DNA of 64,000 bases from Candidatus Hadarchaeota archaeon (GCA_964621445.1 CAZUNO010000016.1:1-64000), one strand, 5' to 3'. Shown: positions 38,074-48,127, counted from the stretch's first letter. Made by a program: numbers and translations. Notes: generated by a model not told the origin, from the sequence alone.

Positions 38074-39465
38074 ATGGACCGAACTCGCATTACTCGCCTG
38101 ATACTAAGCTTCTCAGTACTAATATCCGTCCTGCTTCCGGTCATGGCCGACCGGGGCATGGTCCCTCTCTCCGGGGTGTCCATTTATGGCCCGGGCCAGA
38201 AGGCCATCGTGGCCTGGAATGGCTTCGAGGAGGTATTGATACTCTCCACGGACGTGTATGCGGAGGAGGAATCCAAGGTGCTAGAGTTTCTTCCCCTCCC
38301 CAGCAGGCCGGACCTCATCAACGCCACCGATTTCTCGCCCTTTGAGAGCGTTCAGGATCTGCTGAATGATTACGGAAATTTAAAGACCGGTTCAAGGGGG
38401 AAGCTGGACGACGGCGGGATAGAGATCATATTCCATGAGGAGATAGGTGCCCACGATATCACCGTGGTTAGGGTCGATGATTCGGATGATTTTCAATCCT
38501 GGGCCAACAGGTTCCTGGAGGATTCGGGTATTAGTGGCCGGGTTTCCGGTAGGGACCTTTCCCGGTCAGTTGATTCCTATATCTCCAAGGGATACTCATT
38601 CTTCGTACTGGACCTGATACAGGCATCCCCCGAGAGAAGAAGCGTTGAGCCCCTGATCTACAGGTTCAAATCCGATCATCTCTATTTTCCCCTTGAGGTT
38701 TCCCGCTTGGCCTCGGGAAGCGTGGATATCACCCTATTCACGGTTACCGGGGGGCCCATATATGAGGAGGACCTGCATCACAAACTCTCCCTTGCCAACC
38801 GGCAGGGCCCGCTTCGACGCCCGGTGAGGTTCCGACTTGCTGAGTCCCGTCTCGATGATATTCATCCCAAAATAGGGGATCTCTTCCATGATGACGTATG
38901 GCTCAGCGTGGTCGAGTACCACGGCGAGCTCGACAATCTCGATTTTGATCTGGCCCTCAACAGGATTCAAACCCCGACCGGTGACATTCTAGTCATCAGT
39001 CCGTTCTTCTGGATAGGCTCCGGTGTCGCCCTGGGTATACTAATGGGCATCGTGATCTCTCAGTTAAACATGGGCCTTCTCAGGCTGGATTTCAAGCGTC
39101 TGGTGGCATCCATCGATTTCATCATCGTGTTCCTGCTTATGATCCTGGCCTCGGTGATGTCCTATTCCTGGTCGGGTTACGTATTCTGGATACTTGTCCC
39201 CCTGGCCATCCTCACCCTTTATTTCGCGATTCGTAGCGGTGATAAGAAGATCATGTTGATCTATATCCTTCTACCGATTCTAGGACTTACCCTTATCTTC
39301 ACGGTACTCTATGCCCACCTCCTGGAGATGGTAATGGCCCTGGTATTCTTCCTAGGCTTCCTGCTTGCTGCGGCCTTTCCTCCTAATGGTGAAAGATCAT
39401 TGAGCCGGGCCTTTAGCCGGAGCTCCAGGTGGATTAAGAAATCAAGGCGAAGAGGATCTCTATGA
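38074..39465 (+). CDS. DUF2330-like secreted domain with a C-terminal multi-TM anchor
   Basis: Signal peptide ending ADRG; QKAIVAWNG.EE.LILS, F.PLPS.P, IGAHDITVV, PL.Y.F; about five TM helices. Confidence 0.68.
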   Translation: MDRTRITRLILSFSVLISVLLPVMADRGMVPLSGVSIYGPGQKAIVAWNGFEEVLILSTDVYAEEESKVLEFLPLPSRPDLINATDFSPFESVQDLLNDYGNLKTGSRGKLDDGGIEIIFHEEIGAHDITVVRVDDSDDFQSWANRFLEDSGISGRVSGRDLSRSVDSYISKGYSFFVLDLIQASPERRSVEPLIYRFKSDHLYFPLEVSRLASGSVDITLFTVTGGPIYEEDLHHKLSLANRQGPLRRPVRFRLAESRLDDIHPKIGDLFHDDVWLSVVEYHGELDNLDFDLALNRIQTPTGDILVISPFFWIGSGVALGILMGIVISQLNMGLLRLDFKRLVASIDFIIVFLLMILASVMSYSWSGYVFWILVPLAILTLYFAIRSGDKKIMLIYILLPILGLTLIFTVLYAHLLEMVMALVFFLGFLLAAAFPPNGERSLSRAFSRSSRWIKKSRRRGSL

Positions 39466-39542
39466 TGAAGAATAGGTTAAATAGACAAAGTGACAATCAA
39501 AGCCATTCGTAAAGAGGTTAGCCGTGATCCGAGGAGATAGCG

Positions 39543-40166
39543 ATGTTTGGTATAGGGAAGGATAAGAAGGTTTGGGATCCAACGGACGAGAAGGAAGAGG
39601 AATCTATGGAGGAAACGTCCAACCCCGGTGACCCCAAGGATGGGGACGAGGACGCCGCATTGATATCCGAGATGGATAGAGAATACCTGGAGGCCCTGGC
39701 CGAGCTGGATTACGGTGACGACGCCGTTAACCTCCTGGATAAGGCATACCATAAGAGGAGGAAGGAACCGGGAAAGCTTCTGACCCCTTCGGAGGAGGAG
39801 GAGTTCCAGTCCCTAGCGGAGGAAGAGGAAGTAGATGAGGCATCCGAACTCCTGGAGGAGGCCTACCACAGGGCCAAGAAGGAGGAGGAGAGCTTCCTCT
39901 CACCGCTGGACAAGGAATACGTCGATATGCTGCAGGAGCTCGGCGAACGGGAAAAGGCTAAGACGATTCTCGATGATGCCAGGGAGAGCTTCGATGCACG
40001 TAAGGCCGAGCGGGAAGAACATCTTCTGACACCAATCGACAAGGAGTATATGGACAGGCTCATGCAGCTGGGCTTGAAGGATGAGGCCCGACAGGTCCTG
40101 GACGAGGTCTATCGTGGCAAGAGATCGGATGAGGAAAGATTGGGAAATCTGGTAAACCAGGGCTAG
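39543..40166 (+). CDS. Acidic alpha-helical protein with four ~40-aa tandem repeats
   Basis: Repeats L(S/T)P.DKEY...L.ELG..DEA..LLD.AY; AGGAG SD. Confidence 0.75.
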   Translation: MFGIGKDKKVWDPTDEKEEESMEETSNPGDPKDGDEDAALISEMDREYLEALAELDYGDDAVNLLDKAYHKRRKEPGKLLTPSEEEEFQSLAEEEEVDEASELLEEAYHRAKKEEESFLSPLDKEYVDMLQELGEREKAKTILDDARESFDARKAEREEHLLTPIDKEYMDRLMQLGLKDEARQVLDEVYRGKRSDEERLGNLVNQG

Positions 40167-40933
40167 TCGAGGGAGCTTAGGAGGCGGGAAATATTCCCCC
40201 CTAGAATCCTTCTCCGGGACGCAGGTGGGATATCCGCTTTTTCGACCTGGAGCAGCGATGATTTGTAGTAGTGAAGTGGGGCATTGCTTCCGAAAACAAG
40301 CCTTGAATCCCCGTGGTCCCCTACCATTCTCCGGATAAAACCTATGGGAAAGGACCATTCACACCCCACCAGGACGTTATCGGTTCGGGACAGAATTTTC
40401 TCAACCTCCGCAGCCTTTGCGTTATTGACCACCAGCGATAAATCGGGGTGGGACGTGGCGGCATCTATTATCCCCTCCACCTCCGTACCCAGAATTCGAA
40501 AAGAGGGATCCAATAGTCGACGGTCCCTCATCCTGGTGGAGATGAATACCAGCTGGTTCTCGCTTTCAGCGCTGTCCAGCAGTTTTCTGGTCCTTGAATC
40601 GGAGAGCCGGTAACGGTGGTGAGAGGGTACCATCCGAATGATTGGATGGGTTGGCCCCAGGGGCGGGTTGGTGGGATTAACCACAGGAACCGGTATCAAC
40701 CCCTCTATCCCTGAAGCGCTTCTCTCAAGCGCCCGGTTGGCGGCCATGTAGTCGCGATGAAAGATTGCGCCCAGGCTGGATACAAGACATGTACCGACGC
40801 TATTCTCCATTGAGACCCTCCTGAGTGATGCCGGCTCATTGAAGGGCAGGGGTCTGGTAGGCCAGTTACCGACGTAGCAATTGGTATCTATGGTTCCCCT
40901 CAAATCGCTTAGCTCCGGTCCGTCTGAGTTCAT
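40163..40933 (-). CDS. Amidohydrolase_2-family protein (degenerate metal site)
   Basis: IDTNCYVGNWP, VFGSNAP, ILGGN. Confidence 0.75.
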   Translation of the reverse strand: MNSDGPELSDLRGTIDTNCYVGNWPTRPLPFNEPASLRRVSMENSVGTCLVSSLGAIFHRDYMAANRALERSASGIEGLIPVPVVNPTNPPLGPTHPIIRMVPSHHRYRLSDSRTRKLLDSAESENQLVFISTRMRDRRLLDPSFRILGTEVEGIIDAATSHPDLSLVVNNAKAAEVEKILSRTDNVLVGCEWSFPIGFIRRMVGDHGDSRLVFGSNAPLHYYKSSLLQVEKADIPPASRRRILGGNISRLLSSLD

Positions 40934-42166
40934 CTAATCGGGTCCTTGCTCCACTAGCTTGGTGGTCCTGACATCGTGATATAGCTTCCTTTTCACCATG
41001 ATGGACCATAGCAGGGACCCGGATACGAAGAGTGTCGAACAGGTAATCAGCCATTCGATTATGTAGACCCAGAGCATGGCATTGTCCTTGACTTTCCTGG
41101 CCACGGCCTCCGCCTGGGCGAAGCCATCGAAGGCCCGTTGGAAGGTCTCCTCACAGCCCATGAAGTCCTGTTCCAGATATTGGTTGGATGCGGTTTGGCC
41201 CATCTCCTCCAGCTTCCATATCCGGTCCTGAATCCTCTGCGTGTTTGCCCCCAGCCTGTCCACGAAATCCTTCAAGGATATTAGAAGTTCCATCTTGTTC
41301 CTGAATTCTCGAAAGTTGATCTTAAGTCTGTGAAATACGTCCACGTCCTCGATGAGGTCCCTTCCAGTGGAGTATAGGACCATGTTGATGATTATATCAC
41401 CGCCGTAGGGATTATCCTCCCCAAACCAGCTACCGAACCCGATGAATCCCCCGCAGGTCATGGTCCTCCCCTGGCCGTGATCCCAGGAGACCAGGAAGGG
41501 TACCTCGCTGGCGAAATTTCCATATTGGTAGGCCAGAACCCCGGCGGTCTGTCTGGGTATCACATATCTTGATACTATGGATGTGACCTTCTCTACCCCG
41601 TAATCCACGTACGGGGTCATCACCGGATCGGGGAATTGCCTGTTTATCCTGATTATGTACAGGTCTAGGGGGCTCTCCCCGCCGCCCCCTCGGGCCACCA
41701 CCGCTGGCGCGTCGTTGGGGAAGGCCTTCTGGGTGAGGGAGTTCGCCCAGGAGCTGTGAATCTGGCCAATTATGCTGAACACGCTACCGTCGTTGAACCC
41801 CCCTGCTCCCTCCACTATCCTGGTGTACAGCCAACTATCCTGTTTATTGGTAAAAAGGTAGTATTCGGGAGCGAGGAGCATGATGTAGTCAAATGTTTCC
41901 ACCTCCTCATAGGTTCGGGGGAAGTACTGCCTGATGTATTTCTGCATCGCCTTCATTCCCCCCTTGACCGCGGATGATCTTGAGGGAACTGCCGTGTAAC
42001 TCATCATGGGATCCTCTCTAAACAGGACCTCCGCGTGGTGGCCTCCGTTGACCGTTCCGATGAGAAGGGCATTGATCTTTTCCGTTTGGCATGCGGAGGG
42101 CGTTAACCAGGCGATCACTAGGATAAGTGCCATTAGAGGACGCCTGCCCGGGAGGAGATAGGGCAT
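40934..42166 (-). CDS. Membrane-anchored GATase1-like surface protein, paralog C (divergent head)
   Basis: Signal peptide; EDP, RQYFPRTYE..FDY; stalk DFVDRLGAN..YLEQ; KDNAMLWVYIIEW TM; RKLY..VRTTKL tail. Confidence 0.75.
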   Translation of the reverse strand: MPYLLPGRRPLMALILVIAWLTPSACQTEKINALLIGTVNGGHHAEVLFREDPMMSYTAVPSRSSAVKGGMKAMQKYIRQYFPRTYEEVETFDYIMLLAPEYYLFTNKQDSWLYTRIVEGAGGFNDGSVFSIIGQIHSSWANSLTQKAFPNDAPAVVARGGGGESPLDLYIIRINRQFPDPVMTPYVDYGVEKVTSIVSRYVIPRQTAGVLAYQYGNFASEVPFLVSWDHGQGRTMTCGGFIGFGSWFGEDNPYGGDIIINMVLYSTGRDLIEDVDVFHRLKINFREFRNKMELLISLKDFVDRLGANTQRIQDRIWKLEEMGQTASNQYLEQDFMGCEETFQRAFDGFAQAEAVARKVKDNAMLWVYIIEWLITCSTLFVSGSLLWSIMVKRKLYHDVRTTKLVEQGPD

Positions 42167-42241
42167 GGTCAGTAAAAAATTGCAGCATATAGATAACTAT
42201 TGGCCTTTAAGCCTCCCCGGGAGCCTGCTTATAGCTTGTCT

Positions 42242-43039
42242 TTAGGATCGACGATCCCTTTCCTGGAGCCTGGCCAGGGCCATGAAATTTCTTCCCAGTA
42301 TTTTCTGTCTTTCCTCAGCGGTGACCCGGGCCGATAATACCTTGCCCAGGTTGGGAAGATATCCGGAGGCTGGGGCATCGGACCCGAAGAGAACCCTGTC
42401 CGCTCCCAAATGGTCAACTGCGGCCTCCACCATTCCGGCCTCGTTTATGCTTCCACAGATGTCCACCGACACGTTCTCGCGGTCCTCCACCTCCCTTGCC
42501 CCGCTTTCCCACTGGCCACCTATGTGGGCCATGATAATGGGGACCTCGGGGAATGAGGAAGCGAGATCCCCGATCTCTGAGGGCAGCGTCTGGTATCCCT
42601 TACCCAGGACGGTGCCCCTTCGCCAGGCGTGGGCGAGGACGATGAGATCTTTGGTCCGTGCCGTCTCCATAACCGGGTAGACGCGCCTGTCATTTGCTGG
42701 ACAGGAAATCCATATCTTGATTCCAACAAAGGCGGGATGGCTAGCATATAGATCGACCTGGTCTTGGGCCTCGGCGCCCCTGGTCGGGTCCAGGTAGATG
42801 TAGCCCCAGAGGCCCTGGTTGTCCTCAACGGCATCGGCTACCAGTTCATTTCCCTTCCCTACGTTTCCGGGCGCGGACCAGTCCCAGTGGGAGAGACAGG
42901 AAACGCATACCCCGTCTATTTGCAGTCTCTGGGCCTCGTTTACCAGGACCGGGATGTCGCTCCGGTCCCATAGATGGGCATGGCAATCGATGATCGTTTC
43001 CCTAAATCCATGTGGGAGATTCTGAATGTTTCCTGCCAT
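42242..43039 (-). CDS. Amidohydrolase_2-family metallohydrolase
   Basis: IDCHAH, GIK, LAH, MAHIGG, LFGSD. Confidence 0.85.
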   Translation of the reverse strand: MAGNIQNLPHGFRETIIDCHAHLWDRSDIPVLVNEAQRLQIDGVCVSCLSHWDWSAPGNVGKGNELVADAVEDNQGLWGYIYLDPTRGAEAQDQVDLYASHPAFVGIKIWISCPANDRRVYPVMETARTKDLIVLAHAWRRGTVLGKGYQTLPSEIGDLASSFPEVPIIMAHIGGQWESGAREVEDRENVSVDICGSINEAGMVEAAVDHLGADRVLFGSDAPASGYLPNLGKVLSARVTAEERQKILGRNFMALARLQERDRRS

Positions 43040-43231
43040 CTATAGGTTCATGCTCCCGGGTTTCCGTTATACTATCCTATTAAAGCATTTTTACCATTAT
43101 GCAGGCCGCACAGTTACGGTGATGGTAAGCCTCTTCGAGGGTTTCGATCAGGACCTTGATTTCTCTTTCGGATGTTCCGGCAAGTCATAGTTTTAAGTAA
43201 CTCGGCCAATGAAGTGGAGAGGCCGGATCAC

Positions 43232-44221
43232 ATGGCGAAGATCTACTACGATGAAGAGGCTGACCTTTCATATCTGAAGGATGGAACGGTTGGAATAGTC
43301 GGCGGGGCCGGAATACAGGGTAGTGCCCACTCGATGAATCTAAAGGACAGCGGAATCGACGTTGTGGTTAGCGAACTTCCTGGCAGCGAGTCCTGGAAAA
43401 AGGCCGAGGAGATGGGCTGGGATGTAATGACCACAACCGAACTTTCGGAGTGCTCCGATGTCATTGCCCTGCTTACCCAGGATGATGTACAGCCGAAGGT
43501 GTATGAGAGCCAGATCGAGGAGAACCTGGAGTCTGGAAAGGCCCTGGTCTTTGCCCATGGATTCAACATTCACTATCACCAGATAATGCCCCCGGAGGAC
43601 GTCGACGTGTTCATGATCGCTCCCAAGGGCCCGGGGTCATTGGTCCGTGACATGTACGAGCAGGGAAAGGGAGTGCCAGCCCTGGTGGCGGTTCACCAGG
43701 ATGCTACCAGCAGCGCCCTTGATACGGCCCTGGCCTATGCAAAGGGCCTGGGCTGCACCAGAGCAGGAGTCCTGGAGACCACCTTCGCCGAGGAGACGGA
43801 GACCGACCTTTTCGGGGAGCAGACGGTTCTGTGTGGAGGGGTTTCCGAGCTGATAAAGGCCGGATTCGATACCCTGGTGGACGCCGGATACCAGCCCGAG
43901 TGCGCCTACCTCGAGGTTTGCCATGAGCTCAAATTGATCGTGGATATGATACATACGGATGGCATAACAGGTATGAGGAAAAGGGTCAGCGACACCGCGG
44001 AATACGGGGATATGACCAGGGGAAAGCGGGTTATAGACGACAGGGTGAGGCTGGAGATGTGCGAGATATTGAAGGAGGTTCAGAACGGCGAGTTTGCCAA
44101 GGAGTGGATCCTGGAAAACCAGGCCGGCCGACCATCCTTCAAGGCCCTCGAAAAAATGGAAGCGGAGCACCTAATAGAAAAGGTCGGTAAGCGCATCCGC
44201 TCCATGATGCCCTGGATGTAG
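43232..44221 (+). CDS. ilvC: Ketol-acid reductoisomerase
   Basis: [43 protein letters not shown]. Confidence 0.96.
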   Translation: MAKIYYDEEADLSYLKDGTVGIVGGAGIQGSAHSMNLKDSGIDVVVSELPGSESWKKAEEMGWDVMTTTELSECSDVIALLTQDDVQPKVYESQIEENLESGKALVFAHGFNIHYHQIMPPEDVDVFMIAPKGPGSLVRDMYEQGKGVPALVAVHQDATSSALDTALAYAKGLGCTRAGVLETTFAEETETDLFGEQTVLCGGVSELIKAGFDTLVDAGYQPECAYLEVCHELKLIVDMIHTDGITGMRKRVSDTAEYGDMTRGKRVIDDRVRLEMCEILKEVQNGEFAKEWILENQAGRPSFKALEKMEAEHLIEKVGKRIRSMMPWM

Positions 44222-44237
44222 AATATGGTCCTGCGCC

Positions 44238-44756
44238 CTAGGGTACGGGAGGGCGGGTGGATTCGGGTCCGCGCCCCATGGCAACGGTACCCGTTCTGGC
44301 CATCTCCCTGATCCCGTGGGGCCTAAGCAAATCGACCAATGCCTCGATCTTTTGCTGGCCTCCGGTTATCTGCATGGTAAGCGAGGTGGTGTTTACGTCC
44401 ACGACCTTGGCCCGAAAGACATCGGCATAGTTCATCAGCAGGAGCTTGTCCTGCTCCGATTTGGCGTTGACCTTGACCAGGCAGAGCTCTCTAATCACGC
44501 TGGTTTCCCGGTCAAGGTCCGAGACCTTAACCACGTCAAGCTGCTTGTTCAGCTGTTTCTCCACCTGCTCAAGCACGGAATCGTCTCCCCTGACTATGAT
44601 GGTCATTCGGGAGATGTCCTCCTTTTCCGTGGTTCCAACCGCTATGGATTCGATGTTGAATCCCCTTCGGCTGAAAAGTCCGGCTATTCGGTGTAGTACC
44701 CCTGGCTTGTTCTCAACCAGGGCAGCTATGATATGGGGACGTATCACTTCAATCAC
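44238..44756 (-). CDS. ilvN: Acetolactate synthase small (regulatory) subunit
   Basis: VENKPGVL.RI.GLFSRRGFNIES, KQLNK, RELCLVKV, RTG. Confidence 0.95.
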   Translation of the reverse strand: MIEVIRPHIIAALVENKPGVLHRIAGLFSRRGFNIESIAVGTTEKEDISRMTIIVRGDDSVLEQVEKQLNKQLDVVKVSDLDRETSVIRELCLVKVNAKSEQDKLLLMNYADVFRAKVVDVNTTSLTMQITGGQQKIEALVDLLRPHGIREMARTGTVAMGRGPESTRPPVP

Positions 44757-46509
44757 CTCTGAATCTGAAGCTTTCTCGTTTGCACTTCTCGGATAGCAGC
44801 ATGTCGTCTATGCGACCGCCCGCCGGTACCATGGGTAGCACGTTCTCCTCTTTCTCTATCTTTATGTCCACCACGGTAACCACATCGCTGGAGAAGGCCT
44901 CATCGAGGGCGGGCCCCACATCTCCCGGCCTGGTGACCTTTATACCGTTCGCCCCGTAGGCCTGGGCCAGCTTGGCGAAGTCGGGAACTTCGGGAACGGC
45001 TTTTCCCTTTCCAACCCCGGCATGATCCAGAAGAGTGGCCGATGCCCTCTGATCATAGAACAGGTCCTGCCACTGATAGACCATTCCCAAGGTCCGGTTG
45101 TCCAGGAGGCAGATCACTATGGGTATGTCCTCGATAACGCAGGTCGCCAGTTCCTGTAACACCATCTGGAAGCTTCCATCCCCGGCCAGGTCCACGACAT
45201 TGAGGTCCGGACGGGCCACCTTGGCTCCTATGGATGCCGGGAAACCGAATCCCATGGTGCCCAGACCACCGGAGGATATCCAGCGATTGGGCTTGTCTAG
45301 CTTGAGGAAATGCGCTCCCCACATCTGGCACTGACCCACCTCGGTGACCACGATGGTATCGTCATCTATGATCCTGTTAAGCTCCTTCATGATCTTCTGG
45401 GGCTTGATCGGAACCTCGTCGTACTCGCCCTCCAGGCAGGAGTCACACTCGCGGATGAACTCCTTGACCTTCTCCCCATAGGCCGTCTTTTTCTTTCCAT
45501 GGTCGATCCTTGAGATATCGGCGTTGAGCTCGGACAGTACCTGTCTGGCATCGCCCACTATGGGAATATGGGTCTCTATGTTCTTGCCTATCTCCGCCGC
45601 GTCGATGTCGATGTGTATTAACTTTGCGTTGGTGCAGAAAGTTGATGTATCCCCGGTAACCCGGTCCGAGAACCTCATGCCCACTGCAACTATCACGTCA
45701 GCGTCGCTGAGTATGTCGTTGGCGACCTTTCTACCGTGCATGCCCACCATGCCCAGGGCCAAAGGGTGGCTGTCTGGGAACGATCCCTTGCCCATGAGGG
45801 TGACCGCCACCGGTATCATCAGGGATTCGGAGAGCTTCACCAGCTCCTCCCCGGCATTGGAGGCAATCACGCCCCCGCCGGAGATTATTATCGGTCTCTC
45901 CGCGTTAGCCAGCATCTTGGCGGCCTTCTTTATCTGGTTTGGGTGTCCCTTTGGGCTGGGCCGGTGACCCAGAATCTCGACGTCACGTTTGTACTCGAAA
46001 TCGATCTCCTCTTGCTGGGTGTCCTTGGGCAGGTCTATGTGGACCGGGCCCTTGCGACCGCTGGTGGCTATTATGAAGGACCTCCTGACGGTTTCAGGTA
46101 TCTCCTTCCCGCTGTTCACCATGAAGTTGTACTTGGTTATGGGCATGAATATGCCGACGGTGTCGGCCTCCTGGAAGGAGTCGTTCCCTATCATGCCCGT
46201 GGGCACTTGCCCGGTGACCGCTATTACCGGTATCGAGTCATAGAAGGCGTTGGCAATACCCGTGGTCAGGTTGGTGGCGCCCGGGCCAGAGGTCGCGAAA
46301 CAGACCCCGACCTTGCCGCTTGCTCGGGAGTAGCCGTCGGCGGCGTGGGATGCAGCCTGCTCGTGGCGTACCAATACGTGCCTGATGTCGGATTCATATA
46401 GTTTGTCGTACACATCGATCATGGCACCACCTGGGATGCCAAAGACGTGTTCCACTTCTTCCTTCTCCAGGGCCCTTATCAGGGCCTGTGCTCCAGGCAT
46501 TCTAGGCAT
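44749..46509 (-). CDS. ilvB: Acetolactate synthase large subunit
   Basis: FGIPGGA, RHEQ, TSGPGATN, SGGLGTMGFG, GDGSFQM. Confidence 0.96.
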   Translation of the reverse strand: MPRMPGAQALIRALEKEEVEHVFGIPGGAMIDVYDKLYESDIRHVLVRHEQAASHAADGYSRASGKVGVCFATSGPGATNLTTGIANAFYDSIPVIAVTGQVPTGMIGNDSFQEADTVGIFMPITKYNFMVNSGKEIPETVRRSFIIATSGRKGPVHIDLPKDTQQEEIDFEYKRDVEILGHRPSPKGHPNQIKKAAKMLANAERPIIISGGGVIASNAGEELVKLSESLMIPVAVTLMGKGSFPDSHPLALGMVGMHGRKVANDILSDADVIVAVGMRFSDRVTGDTSTFCTNAKLIHIDIDAAEIGKNIETHIPIVGDARQVLSELNADISRIDHGKKKTAYGEKVKEFIRECDSCLEGEYDEVPIKPQKIMKELNRIIDDDTIVVTEVGQCQMWGAHFLKLDKPNRWISSGGLGTMGFGFPASIGAKVARPDLNVVDLAGDGSFQMVLQELATCVIEDIPIVICLLDNRTLGMVYQWQDLFYDQRASATLLDHAGVGKGKAVPEVPDFAKLAQAYGANGIKVTRPGDVGPALDEAFSSDVVTVVDIKIEKEENVLPMVPAGGRIDDMLLSEKCKRESFRFRGD

Positions 46510-48127
46510 CTCTTTTTCCTCCTTTTCGCTTCTCCGTATGGAAAAGCCTGTTGATGGCCTCTATCATGGCCTCAACGCTTGCCATTACTATGTCTGTGCT
46601 AACTCCTCTAGCCGTTGTCAGGTTTCCCTGTTCATCTTGGACCTTAACTGTAACCTCGGCGACGGCATCGCTGCCTCCGGTTATGGCCTCCAGCCGGTAC
46701 TCCATGAGTTCGACCTTGGCCGACTCTCTCACCACGTTCTTTATGGTCTTGATAGCGGCATCCACCGGGCCGTCACCTATGTTGGAGCCGGATACCGGTT
46801 TCCCATGGAGGTTTAGCGACAGGGAGGCGGTGGGGATGGTTCGATCCCCGGTAACCACGGTTAGATTGCCGAGCTCCAGGGCACGTTTCTCCTCCGGTAC
46901 CCTGCCTATAACCGCTTCGGCGATGGCCATTAGATCGGCCTCGGTGATCTTCTTACCCATGTCACCTATTTTCTTGACCCTGCGGGAGATCTCGGAGATC
47001 TGCTTCTCGTCGCCATATATGCCCAGTTCCCTTAATTTTGCAGATATGGCATGAACGCCGGTATGCTTTCCCAGCACTATCCTCCGTTTGCTTCCAACCG
47101 TCTCGGGAGTGAGGGCCTCGTATGTGGAGGCCGAGCCGAGTATTCCGTGGACGTGTATGCCGGATTCGTGGGCAAATGCGTTTTCCCCCACGATTGCCTT
47201 GTTGGGCTGGACGGGGACCCCAGTAAGGCGGGATACCAACTGGGAGGTGGGGCATATCCTCTCGGTCACCACCCCGGTAGTGATGCCATAAAAGGAGTGA
47301 AGGGACATGACAACCTCCTCCAGAGAGGCATTGCCCGCCCTCTCTCCCAGCCCATTGACGGTAACGTGCGCCTGCTGGCCTCCGTTCTCGATGGAGACCA
47401 CGGTATTGGCAACCGCTAGGCCGAAGTCGTTATGGCAATGGACCGAGATGGGTATGCTGATCTCGTGGTTCAGACTTTCCACCAAACTGCCCATGGACCT
47501 GGGTATCATGACCCCGACCGTGTCGGGAACGTTAATCCTGTCAGCGCCCGACTCCTCTGCGGTCTTGAATACCCTGATCAGAAATTCGATCCCGGTTCTG
47601 GTGGCGTCCTCTGCAGAGAATTCCACGGTCACCCCATGGTCCTTGGCATAGGCAATGCCGTTTCCTGCCTTCTCTAGGGCCTCCTCCCTGGTCATCTTAA
47701 GCTTGTGCTTTAGATGAATATCCGAGGTAGCTATGAAGGAGTGGATACAGTCAACGCCGGCGTCCAGGCCGAGATCTATATCCTTGGTGCTCGATCTGGC
47801 CAACGCACACACCTCGGATTTCAGGCCCAGGGATGATATCTCCCTGAAGGCCTCCAACTCTCCCTCCGAGGTTGCCGGAAACCCGGCCTCTATGGTATCC
47901 ACCCCAAGCTCATCTAGAGCGGTGGCAATTCTGATCTTCTCATCCACAGTGAGGGAAACGCCGGGCGTTTGCTCGCCGTCCCTCAGTGTAGTGTCGAATA
48001 TCCTTACTCTCTCCGGGAGCTTGACGCCCTGGAGAGACCTTTCGTCATAATCAGAGACGTAGAACCCCGTCCCTCCGCATATTTCATCAATCCTTTGGCA
48101 GCCCGCTTTAACCCCGGTAAACGCCAT
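46502..48127 (-). CDS. leuA: 2-isopropylmalate/citramalate synthase with LeuA regulatory domain; true start uncertain
   Basis: DTTLRDGEQTPG, HCHNDFG, GERAGN, FAHESGIH, GPVDA; the ATG at 48127 lies inside the SRP RNA. Confidence 0.88.
   Translation of the reverse strand: MAFTGVKAGCQRIDEICGGTGFYVSDYDERSLQGVKLPERVRIFDTTLRDGEQTPGVSLTVDEKIRIATALDELGVDTIEAGFPATSEGELEAFREISSLGLKSEVCALARSSTKDIDLGLDAGVDCIHSFIATSDIHLKHKLKMTREEALEKAGNGIAYAKDHGVTVEFSAEDATRTGIEFLIRVFKTAEESGADRINVPDTVGVMIPRSMGSLVESLNHEISIPISVHCHNDFGLAVANTVVSIENGGQQAHVTVNGLGERAGNASLEEVVMSLHSFYGITTGVVTERICPTSQLVSRLTGVPVQPNKAIVGENAFAHESGIHVHGILGSASTYEALTPETVGSKRRIVLGKHTGVHAISAKLRELGIYGDEKQISEISRRVKKIGDMGKKITEADLMAIAEAVIGRVPEEKRALELGNLTVVTGDRTIPTASLSLNLHGKPVSGSNIGDGPVDAAIKTIKNVVRESAKVELMEYRLEAITGGSDAVAEVTVKVQDEQGNLTTARGVSTDIVMASVEAMIEAINRLFHTEKRKGGKRDA

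Noticed and set aside
43110-43170. Fluoride-riboswitch-like GGTGATGG upstream of ilvC
   Set aside because: The pseudoknot pairing and conserved 3' elements are missing, and the downstream gene is not a typical target.
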